A DNA stretch of 64,000 bases. Source: Thermoplasmatota archaeon (GTDB lineage: Archaea > Thermoplasmatota > Penumbrarchaeia > Penumbrarchaeales > Penumbrarchaeaceae). The stretch is from contig JAWOCK010000027.1 of NCBI GenBank assembly GCA_046483845.1, positions 11,738-75,737 on the forward strand, in the 5' to 3' direction. Positions 30,686 to 39,277 of this stretch are shown here, in pieces. The translations under genes were made by a program, and so were the position numbers. The first letter of the stretch is position 1; each line of letters starts with the position of its first letter. Below the pieces are notes generated by a model that did not search any database, was not told where the DNA came from, and worked only from the letters and a program-made list of their open reading frames with translations.

Positions 30686-33163
30686 ATGGATATGCTGTTC
30701 GTTGACAATTTCGTCCGCACATTCTCCGTGGTTGCCCTGCTTATCATGCTGATAGCCCCCATGTCATCTTCCGGTGACGAGATGAGAAGTGGGGCAGGGG
30801 GTTTCTTTTCGGATGAGGAGATATACAGCTCCAGAAGGTCGCTCACAGGGGGAATGGATTCCGGAGATCCGGACCATGATGGCGATCTCGAGGTGGCCTT
30901 CTGTGATTTTGAGGGTAATGTCATGCTTCTGGAACCAACAGGATCCGGGGGCTTCGAGCCGAACTTCATATGGCAGGTGGAGGGAACTCAAGGTTCCAAC
31001 CGCACTCTCTTCGATCTGGTGATCCATGATCTTGACCCCGACAGACCCGGAGTTGAGATAGTAACCGCCGGAGATGTCGGACCGGAAGGCGAAAAGGATG
31101 TCTTTCTGCTGAGCTATGATGGCTCAAAATGGACCACGGATATCATTTACTCCAGTCCTTTCAAGACATTTGATATTGAGATAGGGGACATCGATCCAGC
31201 CCAGGGTGACGAGATCATCCTGTCTTCCTTCCAACATGAGGAGGATCTGGCCATCCGTTATCTCTGCCGATCGGATGATGGTTGGATCGCGAAAGAGATC
31301 CCCACAATCGAAGCACCGAAGGCAGTGACGGTGGCGGATGCTGACCCGAACATACCAGGAAAAGAGGTCTATGCCACCCTTGCCGGATGGAGTGACGAAG
31401 GGATTGAATCCCATCTAGCACAATACTTCAATGTGGGAGACCAATGGGAGGAGAATATCATCTATACACATCCTTCCGAACTGATAGCAAATGTGAAGGC
31501 TGGAGACCTCTGGAGCGGTCATGACGGGAATGAATTGATCATAACGGAATTGTCCGGATGGTGCAGATATTTCTATTACGATGGCACCGAATTCCAGATG
31601 GAGAATATATTCCAGGCGGATACGATATCGGGCTCCCCTTCGGGACTTGAAGGCCTTACAATTGGTGATTTCAATCCGCTCCACGATGGTGACGAGGCGA
31701 TGGTCACCGGATATTACAATAAAGTCACTCAGATCATCGAATCAGATGGTGAGCTCATTGCCGATCTTGCATGGGAAAAAGAAGTGGACAATCCAAGGAT
31801 GGAGATCAACGGTGTGGAAGTATGTGACGTTTTAAGCGATCATGAGGGGAATGAGGTACTTGTCGCATCACTGCAGGGCTGGATACAGCTTCTTGCGTAT
31901 GAGGAGGACGGCATCGTCCTGGAAGCCACGAAGAATGAGATCGATCTCTTTGTGGGGGGAACCGCCGAGATAGACCTCACCATAAGATCGAGAGGCATGT
32001 ACACGGGACCAGTAATGCTATCGGCGGAGCCGTATCCGGGACTGTCCATCGATATCCCGATACTTGATGATCTCGAGCAGCAGGAGACCCGGGAATTCAC
32101 AGTGGACATCGAGGCACTTGAGGATTTCGAGGGCCCATCGGAAGTGGAGCTCACGTTCACCGCTGTCTCCGGCTCTCATTCGTCCTCCGTGGATATAATG
32201 GTCAATGTAAATGCGGACGTTCAACTGATCATAACTCCCCAGGTCGGAACCCTTTACAAGGAAGGGGGGGTGACCCATATCTCCAAATTATCGCTTCTGA
32301 ATGCTTACCAATACGATTATCTGGAGATCTCCACAGGAGAAGTGGAAGGTATGGAGGTCCATGCCAATACCCCGATCTCCCCGGGTCAGGAACAGGAGAT
32401 AACCATCAACGTTCGGGGTGATCCGAAAATAGGTTCCTATTCAATACCGATCACTGCATCCTACAGCGGTATTACCGTCTCCCAGGGGTCCATCGTGATC
32501 GAGATGGTCTCCTTGGCAGAAAGCTTCGAGAGTTCCGTGAGGGAGGTGACAGGTGAGAAGAACATGTACCTAGCCGAGGTATCCTTCCACGGACCAAGGG
32601 AAATAAATATGGTCAACGTGGATATCTGGGTAGGCGATCACAAGGTCTATTCGGACGGCTTGGACTTCTCTGTCGGGGAGACCTTTACCCAGATCTTCTC
32701 CCTTGATGAGTATACGGAAGGGTTGGTCAGGATAGAGCTCTCCACCCTTGCAGGATCCAATATCCGTTCGGATTCCTTCATGGAGCTGGAGTATGTACCC
32801 GATGAAAAGCAGGAGGACAGTCCTGCACTGGTCTTCATTGCCGCTTCCATCGTCGTTGTTCTGATCATTGTTCTTCTGCTTCTGCTCATATTCTACAAAC
32901 CCACACCCGAGGACAAAAAGGACGGTGAACTCCAGGATATCGGTTCCCCGAGCAGATATAAAGCCGGAAAGGGGCCCCTCGGGCCGCGAAAGGTTCCCAT
33001 CACCGGGAAATTGGACAGACCGAGGAGCGGAAAGGTATTCCATGACATCGATGAGAGAGAGAAGAATAGAAGGGGCAATGTCAGAAGAGCTCCGCCGCGA
33101 CCCAGGAGCATGGGGGAACCCCCGAGGGATGTCAGGAGAGCTCCCCCGAGGAGAAGGTTTTAG
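30686..33163 (+). CDS. Cell-surface beta-propeller (FG-GAP/VCBS-like) protein, paralog of the window-start ORF; signal peptide, Ig-like region, C-terminal TM and Arg/Pro-rich cytoplasmic tail
   Basis: Signal peptide MDMLFVDNFVRTFSVVALLIMLIAPMSSSG. Repeats DLDPDRPGVEIVTAGD, IGDIDPAQGDEIILSSF, VADADPNIPGKEVYATLAG (the last nearly identical to VADIDKDIPGKEIYAST in ORF 1..2343). TM IAASIVVVLIIVLLLLLIFY. Tail RRAPPRPRSMGEPPRDVRRAPPRRRF. Confidence 0.6.
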   Translation: MDMLFVDNFVRTFSVVALLIMLIAPMSSSGDEMRSGAGGFFSDEEIYSSRRSLTGGMDSGDPDHDGDLEVAFCDFEGNVMLLEPTGSGGFEPNFIWQVEGTQGSNRTLFDLVIHDLDPDRPGVEIVTAGDVGPEGEKDVFLLSYDGSKWTTDIIYSSPFKTFDIEIGDIDPAQGDEIILSSFQHEEDLAIRYLCRSDDGWIAKEIPTIEAPKAVTVADADPNIPGKEVYATLAGWSDEGIESHLAQYFNVGDQWEENIIYTHPSELIANVKAGDLWSGHDGNELIITELSGWCRYFYYDGTEFQMENIFQADTISGSPSGLEGLTIGDFNPLHDGDEAMVTGYYNKVTQIIESDGELIADLAWEKEVDNPRMEINGVEVCDVLSDHEGNEVLVASLQGWIQLLAYEEDGIVLEATKNEIDLFVGGTAEIDLTIRSRGMYTGPVMLSAEPYPGLSIDIPILDDLEQQETREFTVDIEALEDFEGPSEVELTFTAVSGSHSSSVDIMVNVNADVQLIITPQVGTLYKEGGVTHISKLSLLNAYQYDYLEISTGEVEGMEVHANTPISPGQEQEITINVRGDPKIGSYSIPITASYSGITVSQGSIVIEMVSLAESFESSVREVTGEKNMYLAEVSFHGPREINMVNVDIWVGDHKVYSDGLDFSVGETFTQIFSLDEYTEGLVRIELSTLAGSNIRSDSFMELEYVPDEKQEDSPALVFIAASIVVVLIIVLLLLLIFYKPTPEDKKDGELQDIGSPSRYKAGKGPLGPRKVPITGKLDRPRSGKVFHDIDEREKNRRGNVRRAPPRPRSMGEPPRDVRRAPPRRRF

Positions 33164-33231
33164 TTAAAAACCTTTAAGTAAAAATAGCACTTTGCCCCCA
33201 TTCCTGAGTGACCTGAGCTTTGATTTTTTCT

Positions 33232-33351
33232 GTCGGGGTGGCTCAGCCTGGTGGAGCGCCGGACTCATAGGGGCCCTCGTGGCAATTCTTATTGCTCCCA
33301 GGATCCGGAGATATCCGGAGGTCGCGGGTTCAAACCCCGTCCCCGACACCA
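33232..33351 (+). tRNA. tRNA-Met or tRNA-Ile2 (anticodon CAU) with ~43-nt intron at canonical 37/38 position; CCA encoded
   Basis: Acceptor GTCGGGG/CCCCGAC, D-arm GCTC-AGCCTGGTG-GAGC, anticodon stem CCGGA/TCCGG with loop CUCAUA|intron|A (anticodon CAT at ~33266-33268). Intron ~33270..33312, containing TCCGGAG complementary to exon sequence (BHB-like). T-arm GCGGG-TTCAAAC-CCCGT, discriminator A, CCA. G1:C72 suggests elongator or Ile2 rather than initiator. Confidence 0.75.
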
Positions 33352-33418
33352 TGCATGGTTGCGACTGCGTCGCAATCATGCTTCGGTAGCTGTCAGTGAC
33401 GTAGGGGTTTGAACCTCA
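33330..33418 (+). repeat. 89-bp direct repeat copy 1 (starts inside the tRNA 3' end; 11-12 nt terminal inverted repeats)
   Basis: tcaaaccccgtccccgacaccatgcatggttgcgactgcgtcgcaatcatgcttcggtagctGtcagtgacgtaggggtttgaacctca. Termini GGTTCAAACCCC / GGGGTTTGAACC are inverted. Internal palindrome TTGCGACTGCGTCGCAA. Confidence 0.8.
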
Positions 33419-33542
33419 TTCAGCATCCTGCCAGCAGTTCAGGTCTTGGAAGTTTGCGCTAGAAGAATTGACGATATGCAAACTTGCAAGTGCGCACCAT
33501 TCCGTCTCGTCAACGATATGGGATCGAGGAATTGCTGCTGCA

Positions 33543-33631
33543 TCAAACCCCGTCCCCGACACCATGCATGGTTGCGACTGCGTCGCAATCATGCTTCGGT
33601 AGCTTTCAGTGACGTAGGGGTTTGAACCTCA
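33543..33631 (+). repeat. 89-bp direct repeat copy 2 (88/89 identical to copy 1)
   Basis: Identical to 33330..33418 except one G/T difference; lacks the 5' half of the tRNA. Confidence 0.8.
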
Positions 33632-33640
33632 GTTATTGAT

Positions 33641-33883
33641 GTGAAATTGGTCCAGGTGGTTGAGCATTTGAAATTATTTCAAGGAGAACAAGGAGAGGAT
33701 GATATACGATTTTTTTGGAGCAAGAAACTCCCAATTGGAAGTGGGCCAATGGAAAGCGGAATAAGACAGGTTGTGAATATGAGGTTGAAAAGTGCTGGGA
33801 TGTTCTGGAAGAAGGAAAATTCGGAAGGGACACATAGACCCAACAGATCTCAATCCCATCATCAGGTAGATGGGAAAAAGTGA
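33641..33883 (+). pseudogene. Remnant of a DDE transposase C-terminus (ISLre2-like motif by recollection)
   Basis: LPIGSGPMESGIRQVVNMRLKSAGMFWKKENSEG matches the conserved C-terminal IGSGxxESxxRxVxxxRLKxxGMxW signature of a DDE transposase family. Only ~50 aa of transposase-like sequence with no upstream catalytic domain, so a fragment. Confidence 0.5.
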
Positions 33884-33960
33884 TACATGATCCATAGGGA
33901 CATCTGTGGTCATATCATGGTGGCATATATTACCGTATAGCAGATATTACGATAGACTTA

Positions 33961-33977
33961 ACGATATCGTTAAATAT
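33961..33977 (+). promoter_or_regulatory. TATA-like box (TTAAATAT) with adjacent perfect 10-bp palindrome ACGATATCGT, ~25 bp upstream of the 34000 ATG (leaderless-type arrangement)
   Basis: acgatatcgttaaatatccc immediately upstream of the start at 34000. Confidence 0.3.
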
Positions 33978-33999
33978 CCCATAACATTTATGTTATGAT

Positions 34000-35268
34000 A
34001 TGAAGATGGCGGATCTCCTTAGGATGTTGCAAAACGGTGAAAGCGATCGCCTGGAGTTCAAATCCAAGGTGACAGGTTACATTGGCGAGGAGATAATCGC
34101 CCTGGCAAATGCATTCGGTGGAACCATTCTGGTGGGAGTGAGCGACGATGGCAGGATAAAGGGTGTTAATGCCAGGAGAGCAAAGGAAAAGGCAACCCGG
34201 TACACCACCAACATCGTTCCTCCGATAAAGATATCGTTTGATATGGTCGATGTGGATGAGAAAGAGATACTTATCATCGATGTCCCACGTGTCAATAACA
34301 TCTGTTCGATCGGTGGAGTTGCCTATGTGAGAATAGGAACATCCAAGAGGCCTCTGTCGATCCAGGAGATCTTCACCATGGGGACGGAAAACCTTCTCTA
34401 TGAGATTGACAGGACCCCGACAGAGGAAAAGGAATTTGACAGAGACCTTGTTGATGATATTCTGGGATCCACCGATGAGAACAGAATGGAGGTTCTGAAA
34501 AGGATAGGTGCCATCGATAAGGATGGTTTCCTTACCCTAGCAGGTTTGCTGTTCTTTCACGAGGATCCCCAATCGATGCTCCCCCATTCATCGGTCAGGG
34601 TGATGATGGAGGGAGAAAGGTGGAAGAGGTATTCGGGTCCCATGGTCAAGGTGATAAGGGAGATAGAGAAGGACCTGGAACAACATATGGGCAGGATATC
34701 GATTCAGGTAGGTTTCAGAAGGATCGATATTCCGGAATTTCCAATGAAGGCTCTCAGGGAAGGGATAGTCAATTCCATAACACATCGAAACTATGCGATA
34801 AAATCCGAGGTGTTCATCGAGATCGGCAAGGACCATATCGAAATTCGGAATCCGGGATCGTTCCCACCTGGAACATCACCAGAGGAACCCATGCCTGTTC
34901 CAAGGAATCCAGTGCTGTACGAATTGATGTTCAGGGCGGGATATGTTGAAAGGCAGGGAAGAGGGATAGATCTCATATCGAAGGAATGTGAGGATCATCC
35001 CCTGGCCGAATTCAGGTACATTCTTACTGCCAATGCGACCAGATTGAGATTTGAAAGGTCCGACAAGGGACTTTCGGATGAACACAGGCATCTTCTGAAT
35101 TTCATTGGAGAAGAGGAAATGTCATCCACAAGGATCGCAGAAGAACTGGGTATCAGCAAACCTACGGTGCTTAGAAAGCTGAACGATCTCATTGAGATGA
35201 ACCTTGTAAGGAAGAAGGGGAATGGACCCGGGACAAGATATGAACTGACCGGAAAACTCAGAAAATAG
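34000..35268 (+). CDS. AlbA_2 (Schlafen-like putative DNA-binding) + HATPase_c_4-like + C-terminal wHTH regulator
   Basis: ESDRLEFKSKVTGYIGEEIIALANAFGGTILVGVSDDGRIKGV is the AlbA_2 (PF04326) signature. C-terminal HTH MSSTRIAEELGISKPTVLRKLNDLIEMNLV. Confidence 0.65.
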   Translation: MKMADLLRMLQNGESDRLEFKSKVTGYIGEEIIALANAFGGTILVGVSDDGRIKGVNARRAKEKATRYTTNIVPPIKISFDMVDVDEKEILIIDVPRVNNICSIGGVAYVRIGTSKRPLSIQEIFTMGTENLLYEIDRTPTEEKEFDRDLVDDILGSTDENRMEVLKRIGAIDKDGFLTLAGLLFFHEDPQSMLPHSSVRVMMEGERWKRYSGPMVKVIREIEKDLEQHMGRISIQVGFRRIDIPEFPMKALREGIVNSITHRNYAIKSEVFIEIGKDHIEIRNPGSFPPGTSPEEPMPVPRNPVLYELMFRAGYVERQGRGIDLISKECEDHPLAEFRYILTANATRLRFERSDKGLSDEHRHLLNFIGEEEMSSTRIAEELGISKPTVLRKLNDLIEMNLVRKKGNGPGTRYELTGKLRK

Positions 35269-35534
35269 ATGTTCATATAAAGGTCCTTTCCCACGATCCT
35301 CTGAGGGCCATCTACTCCAATTATTATCTAATATCAGCTTGGAGATATTTTCTTGAAAAGGAGTTTTTCCGTCTGACCCTGTTTTTCCTGATTCAATGTC
35401 CGCCCTCTTTTGATCTGAGAAATTCTTATTGTCCATTTTGATTGAAGGCAGCATATGTGTTGTGATTGTCACAATAGAAAATGGCAAGGAACAGTAACTT
35501 ATAGATGAATCGATTATAGGACCGGGGGTCAAGC

Positions 35535-37736
35535 ATGGAGGATATAAAGGGAACGATGATGGGATTCTTTATTGCAATGATAATAATGGTAGCGCCATTG
35601 ATGGTCATTTCCGCCGATTCGGTACCGCATTCGGGTTGGGGAATTGACGAACTCATAGAAACCGGAGATTCCGGAGATGCCATGTATCCACAGGTTGACC
35701 TTGACGCATCGGGGAATGCCGTGGCCGTGTGGCAACATTACGACGGCACCCGTTACAATCTCTATTCCAATAGATACAATGCGGATATTGGTTGGGGCAC
35801 CGAGGAATTGATCGAGACGGACGATTTAGGACATGCTCAATATCCTCAAATTGCGATGGATGGATCTGGCAATGCGGTGGCGGTATGGTATCAACATGAT
35901 GGCACCAGGAACAATATCTGGTCCAATCGGTACACGGTGGGTGTCGGATGGAATGAGGCGGAACTGATCGAGAGCGATGATTTAGGACATGCTCAATATC
36001 CTCAAATTGCGATGGATGGATCTGGCAATGCGGTGGCGGTATGGTATCAACATGATGGCACCAGGAACAATATCTGGTCCAATCGGTACACGGTGGGTGT
36101 CGGATGGGGCACGGCGGAACTGATCGAGACTGATAATACCGGATATGCTTTGAGTCCACAGGTTGAAATGGACCCATCAGGGAATGCCGTGGCCGTGTGG
36201 CAACATTACGACGGCACCCGTTACAATCTCTATTCCAATAGATACACTAAAGGAACAGGGTGGGGCTCGGCGGAAATAATTGAAGATGAGCAAGGTACTG
36301 TGTCCGGTTCGCAGGTTGCCCTTGACGGATCAGGTAATGCGGTGGCGGTATGGTCTCAATCCGATGGCCTCCGAAACAACATCTGGTCAAATCGGTATGC
36401 GGCAGATAGCGGTTGGGGCGAGGCGGAACTGATCGAGACGGACAATTCCGGATCTGCTTACAATCCGCAGATTGTAATGGACGGATCAGGAAATGCTATG
36501 GTGGTGTGGAGGCAGCCGAGCGGTGGGCGGAACAGCATCTGGTCCAATCGGTACACTGTGGGTGCCGGATGGGGCACGGCGGAACTTATAGAGACTGATA
36601 ATTCCGGACATGCTCAATATCCTCAAATTGCAATGGACGGATCTGGCAATGCGGTGGCGGTATGGTCTCAATCAGACGGGACCCGTTACAACATCTTGTC
36701 CAATAGGTACACGGAGGGTGCCGGATGGGATGAGGTGGAACTGATCGAGACGGTCAACTCCGGAGATGCTTTCAGGCCACAGATTGCCATTGAAGGATCT
36801 GGCAATGCGATGGCGGTATGGCACCAACATGATGGCACATTTTTGAATATCCGGGCGAACAGGTTCGTGATGCCCGATACAACTCCCCCGACCCTTGCGG
36901 TATCCTCTCCCGAGGATGGATCGGATACCGATGTTCCGGTTGTTACGGTTCATGGCACCACCGAGCCGGGATCCATCCTGAGCATAAACGGAATAATCGC
37001 AGAGGTGAGATCTGACGGGTCCTTTTCCTGCAACATTTCTCTTATGGATGGAGAAAATGCGATCGTGATAACTTCAATGGACGAATGGGAGAACAGAGAG
37101 ACAATAACAAGGACCGTGACATACAACGACCCCATCCCATCCATCCAATCTGATATCATAACTGCTTTCAATACCCTGGCTTCTTTGGGGTCCGACATCG
37201 ATTCGATCCTGGACCAGCTGGACTCGGTCACTGACAGATTGGATTCGATGGAAGATGATCTGAACTCATCGGAAGATGAGATCGCTTCCCTGCGTGAGAA
37301 CCTGACGGGATTGATATCGAAATTGAATGTTACCGAAAATGAACTTGATTCCATCAGGTATAACCTCACGATTCTCGGGTCGGACCTCTTATCCAACGAG
37401 GAAGAGATCGATTCATTATCTTCGAATCTGGGGTCATTGATATTGGAGATAGAGGCCATAAACGGTTCACTGCCGTCGATGATGTCTGATGTGGAAGCGG
37501 CGAAAGACAGGATCGATACGCTGTCCTCAGATCTTGCTTCGTTGGAAACTGACATGGAATCCATGGATGATCTGAGCTCGGAGATGGATTCCGCTAATGA
37601 GGATATCGAGGGTTTGAGGATGATGAACATCATTCTGATGGTGGCCCTTGCCATCCTGATCATTGTGATGGTCGCCGGTTTCATGATAATGATGAAGAGA
37701 ACCTCACCGAAGAAGGAAGATGATCCATTCGAATGA
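35535..37736 (+). CDS. Secreted tandem-repeat protein (about nine ~52-aa repeats, likely propeller-like) with C-terminal coiled-coil-like Ser/Asp/Leu repeats and TM anchor
   Basis: Signal peptide MMGFFIAMIIMVAPLMVISADS. Repeat unit GWGxAELIETDxxGxAxxPQIAMDGSGNAVAVWxQxDGTRxNIWSNRYTxGx. C-terminal LDSVTDRLDSMEDDLNSSEDEIASLRENLT.. heptad-like. TM MMNIILMVALAILIIVMVAGFMIMM. Confidence 0.6.
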   Translation: MEDIKGTMMGFFIAMIIMVAPLMVISADSVPHSGWGIDELIETGDSGDAMYPQVDLDASGNAVAVWQHYDGTRYNLYSNRYNADIGWGTEELIETDDLGHAQYPQIAMDGSGNAVAVWYQHDGTRNNIWSNRYTVGVGWNEAELIESDDLGHAQYPQIAMDGSGNAVAVWYQHDGTRNNIWSNRYTVGVGWGTAELIETDNTGYALSPQVEMDPSGNAVAVWQHYDGTRYNLYSNRYTKGTGWGSAEIIEDEQGTVSGSQVALDGSGNAVAVWSQSDGLRNNIWSNRYAADSGWGEAELIETDNSGSAYNPQIVMDGSGNAMVVWRQPSGGRNSIWSNRYTVGAGWGTAELIETDNSGHAQYPQIAMDGSGNAVAVWSQSDGTRYNILSNRYTEGAGWDEVELIETVNSGDAFRPQIAIEGSGNAMAVWHQHDGTFLNIRANRFVMPDTTPPTLAVSSPEDGSDTDVPVVTVHGTTEPGSILSINGIIAEVRSDGSFSCNISLMDGENAIVITSMDEWENRETITRTVTYNDPIPSIQSDIITAFNTLASLGSDIDSILDQLDSVTDRLDSMEDDLNSSEDEIASLRENLTGLISKLNVTENELDSIRYNLTILGSDLLSNEEEIDSLSSNLGSLILEIEAINGSLPSMMSDVEAAKDRIDTLSSDLASLETDMESMDDLSSEMDSANEDIEGLRMMNIILMVALAILIIVMVAGFMIMMKRTSPKKEDDPFE
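35823..36107 (+). repeat. Tandem DNA repeat: two copies of a 129-bp segment (period 156 bp) inside the repeat-protein gene
   Basis: Copy 1 ~35823..35951 and copy 2 ~35979..36107 (gatttaggacatgctcaatatcctcaaattgcgatggatggatctggcaatgcggtggcggtatggtatcaacatgatggcaccaggaacaatatctggtccaatcggtacacggtgggtgtcggatgg). More diverged copies follow to ~36900. Confidence 0.8.
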
Positions 37737-37828
37737 GGTTTGAGCAGTTGACAGAAAATGGCCTTCGATGACGTGTCGGGACCGCTTCCATGGAGATGGA
37801 CATCTCTCAAATTTGATTCATTCCACGG

Positions 37829-39277
37829 TCAATCCCGATTTTCCCAATCAAGAAGTCTCCTGTTTCCCTCAAGACCCCTGATATGGGTCACATCCTGGGA
37901 GACCTCAAGAGTTCCGAGAAACTCCCCATTTGCCTTTCTTACAGCGAAATATCTGATGTGTATGAACTTGCCATGAAGCTGGATCCAGAACTCTGCAACA
38001 TCCTTGTTACCAGCTTTGAATTCGGATAGTATTCTCTCGACAACATGGACGCTCTTGGGGGGATGGCAATTCTTCACTTCCCTGCCGATTACCGCGGGGC
38101 TTCTCGGGAAGATCCTCTCATCTGTCGCTGAATAGTAAGCGACCTTGCTATCCGCATCCACGAAGGATATATCGATGGGAAGGTTCTTGAGCATGAGGTT
38201 CAACTGTTCAAGGGTCAGATATCCTTCATCCAGACTCAGTTTCCCCTGGACCCCGGTGTCCGTTCCTGGCTCCTCTCCGGCATCCCAGCCTTTATCGGGT
38301 TTTATCCAGGCATAACCGATCTCTTCTTCCCCTCTTCTCACAGTCTTCCATTCATCTTCGCTCAGATTGTCGAGTGCCATCGGGAACAGGACCTTCTCCT
38401 CCTTGTATATCATATCCTTCATGGTCCTGATCATAAGTTCAAGTTGTTCGACCAGTGGCTCGAAGGTGTTCATCTGTAGATCCACTCTCGTCTCCTTCAT
38501 CATACCTCTGATATCATCATGGAGCGCCCACATGACCTGACTCGGTCCCGACACTTGATGTCTTTCAAGAAGCGGGAACAATTGGTTCTCCTTTCTGAGA
38601 TAGTGAAGGTCAACTCTTGAGATGCTCTCCATCATCTTTTCGATGTTTGTCTTTTTTTCATCGAAAGAAAATTTTCCTTCCTTGATACCTCCGATCAGTC
38701 CGGAAAGAGCAGCTATATACCCTTCTAGAACCTCATTTTCTTTCATGAAAGTGTGGATCGGATGTCCGGGTGGGACACCCAGTTCTTCCTTTTTATCAAG
38801 TGATTCCCTGAACACCTCCACATGAACATCGCATAGTTTCTTGATCTCCTCTTCAGGAAGTCCTTCATCGATGAGTTCCTGCTCCATCCTGGCGATCTCG
38901 GAAGAATCAACTTCCGTGGCCAGGGCAAGGAATCTCTTTTTCACTTCCTCGACCGTCTTTCCCGAATGAAGGTCCTTGATGATGGATTTGAGGGATTCCA
39001 GTTTTTCTTCGGATGCTTTCTCATTCTCCCAAAGATCTCCCTCGAGTTTCTCCCCCGTCACACGTTCTATCTCATTTCCCAGGGCCACGATCAGATCATG
39101 GAGTTCGATACCGCCCATCTTAGATACCATCTCCAGAGTGGCTATCTTTCCCATCTGTTCTCTCATTTCAGGTTCCTGCAATTCTTTGTAGACAGGTGAT
39201 AGCTTTGGTAGGTATCCATGAATAAATGGATACTTCTCGATGATGTCTCCTATCAGGGTCGAGCCTTCCAACTTCAT
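37829..39277 (-). CDS. DUF1858-hemerythrin-like-DUF438-PAS multidomain protein (putative O2/NO/redox sensor)
   Basis: N-terminal MKLEGSTLIGDIIEKYP (DUF1858-like). Hemerythrin-like HHE region (H..E / HxxxE motifs: LCDVHVEVF, MWALHDDI). C-terminal PAS-like region (YYSATDERIFPRSPAVIGREVKNCHPPKS). Track start 39304 is TTG; ATG at 39277. Confidence 0.6.
   Translation of the reverse strand: MKLEGSTLIGDIIEKYPFIHGYLPKLSPVYKELQEPEMREQMGKIATLEMVSKMGGIELHDLIVALGNEIERVTGEKLEGDLWENEKASEEKLESLKSIIKDLHSGKTVEEVKKRFLALATEVDSSEIARMEQELIDEGLPEEEIKKLCDVHVEVFRESLDKKEELGVPPGHPIHTFMKENEVLEGYIAALSGLIGGIKEGKFSFDEKKTNIEKMMESISRVDLHYLRKENQLFPLLERHQVSGPSQVMWALHDDIRGMMKETRVDLQMNTFEPLVEQLELMIRTMKDMIYKEEKVLFPMALDNLSEDEWKTVRRGEEEIGYAWIKPDKGWDAGEEPGTDTGVQGKLSLDEGYLTLEQLNLMLKNLPIDISFVDADSKVAYYSATDERIFPRSPAVIGREVKNCHPPKSVHVVERILSEFKAGNKDVAEFWIQLHGKFIHIRYFAVRKANGEFLGTLEVSQDVTHIRGLEGNRRLLDWENRD

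Noticed and set aside
33420-33542. Possibility that the sequence between the two 89-bp repeats is an integrated element
   Set aside because: Only ~120 bp with no ORF; too small for an element, although it does contain an 8-bp inverted repeat. Interpreted as remnant rather than cargo.
36950-37810. 286-aa antisense ORF inside the repeat-protein gene (and 35653..36177 antisense ORF)
   Set aside because: Ser-rich mirror translations of the tandem-repeat and D/S/L-rich coding strand. The plus-strand ORF has signal peptide, repeats and TM anchor.
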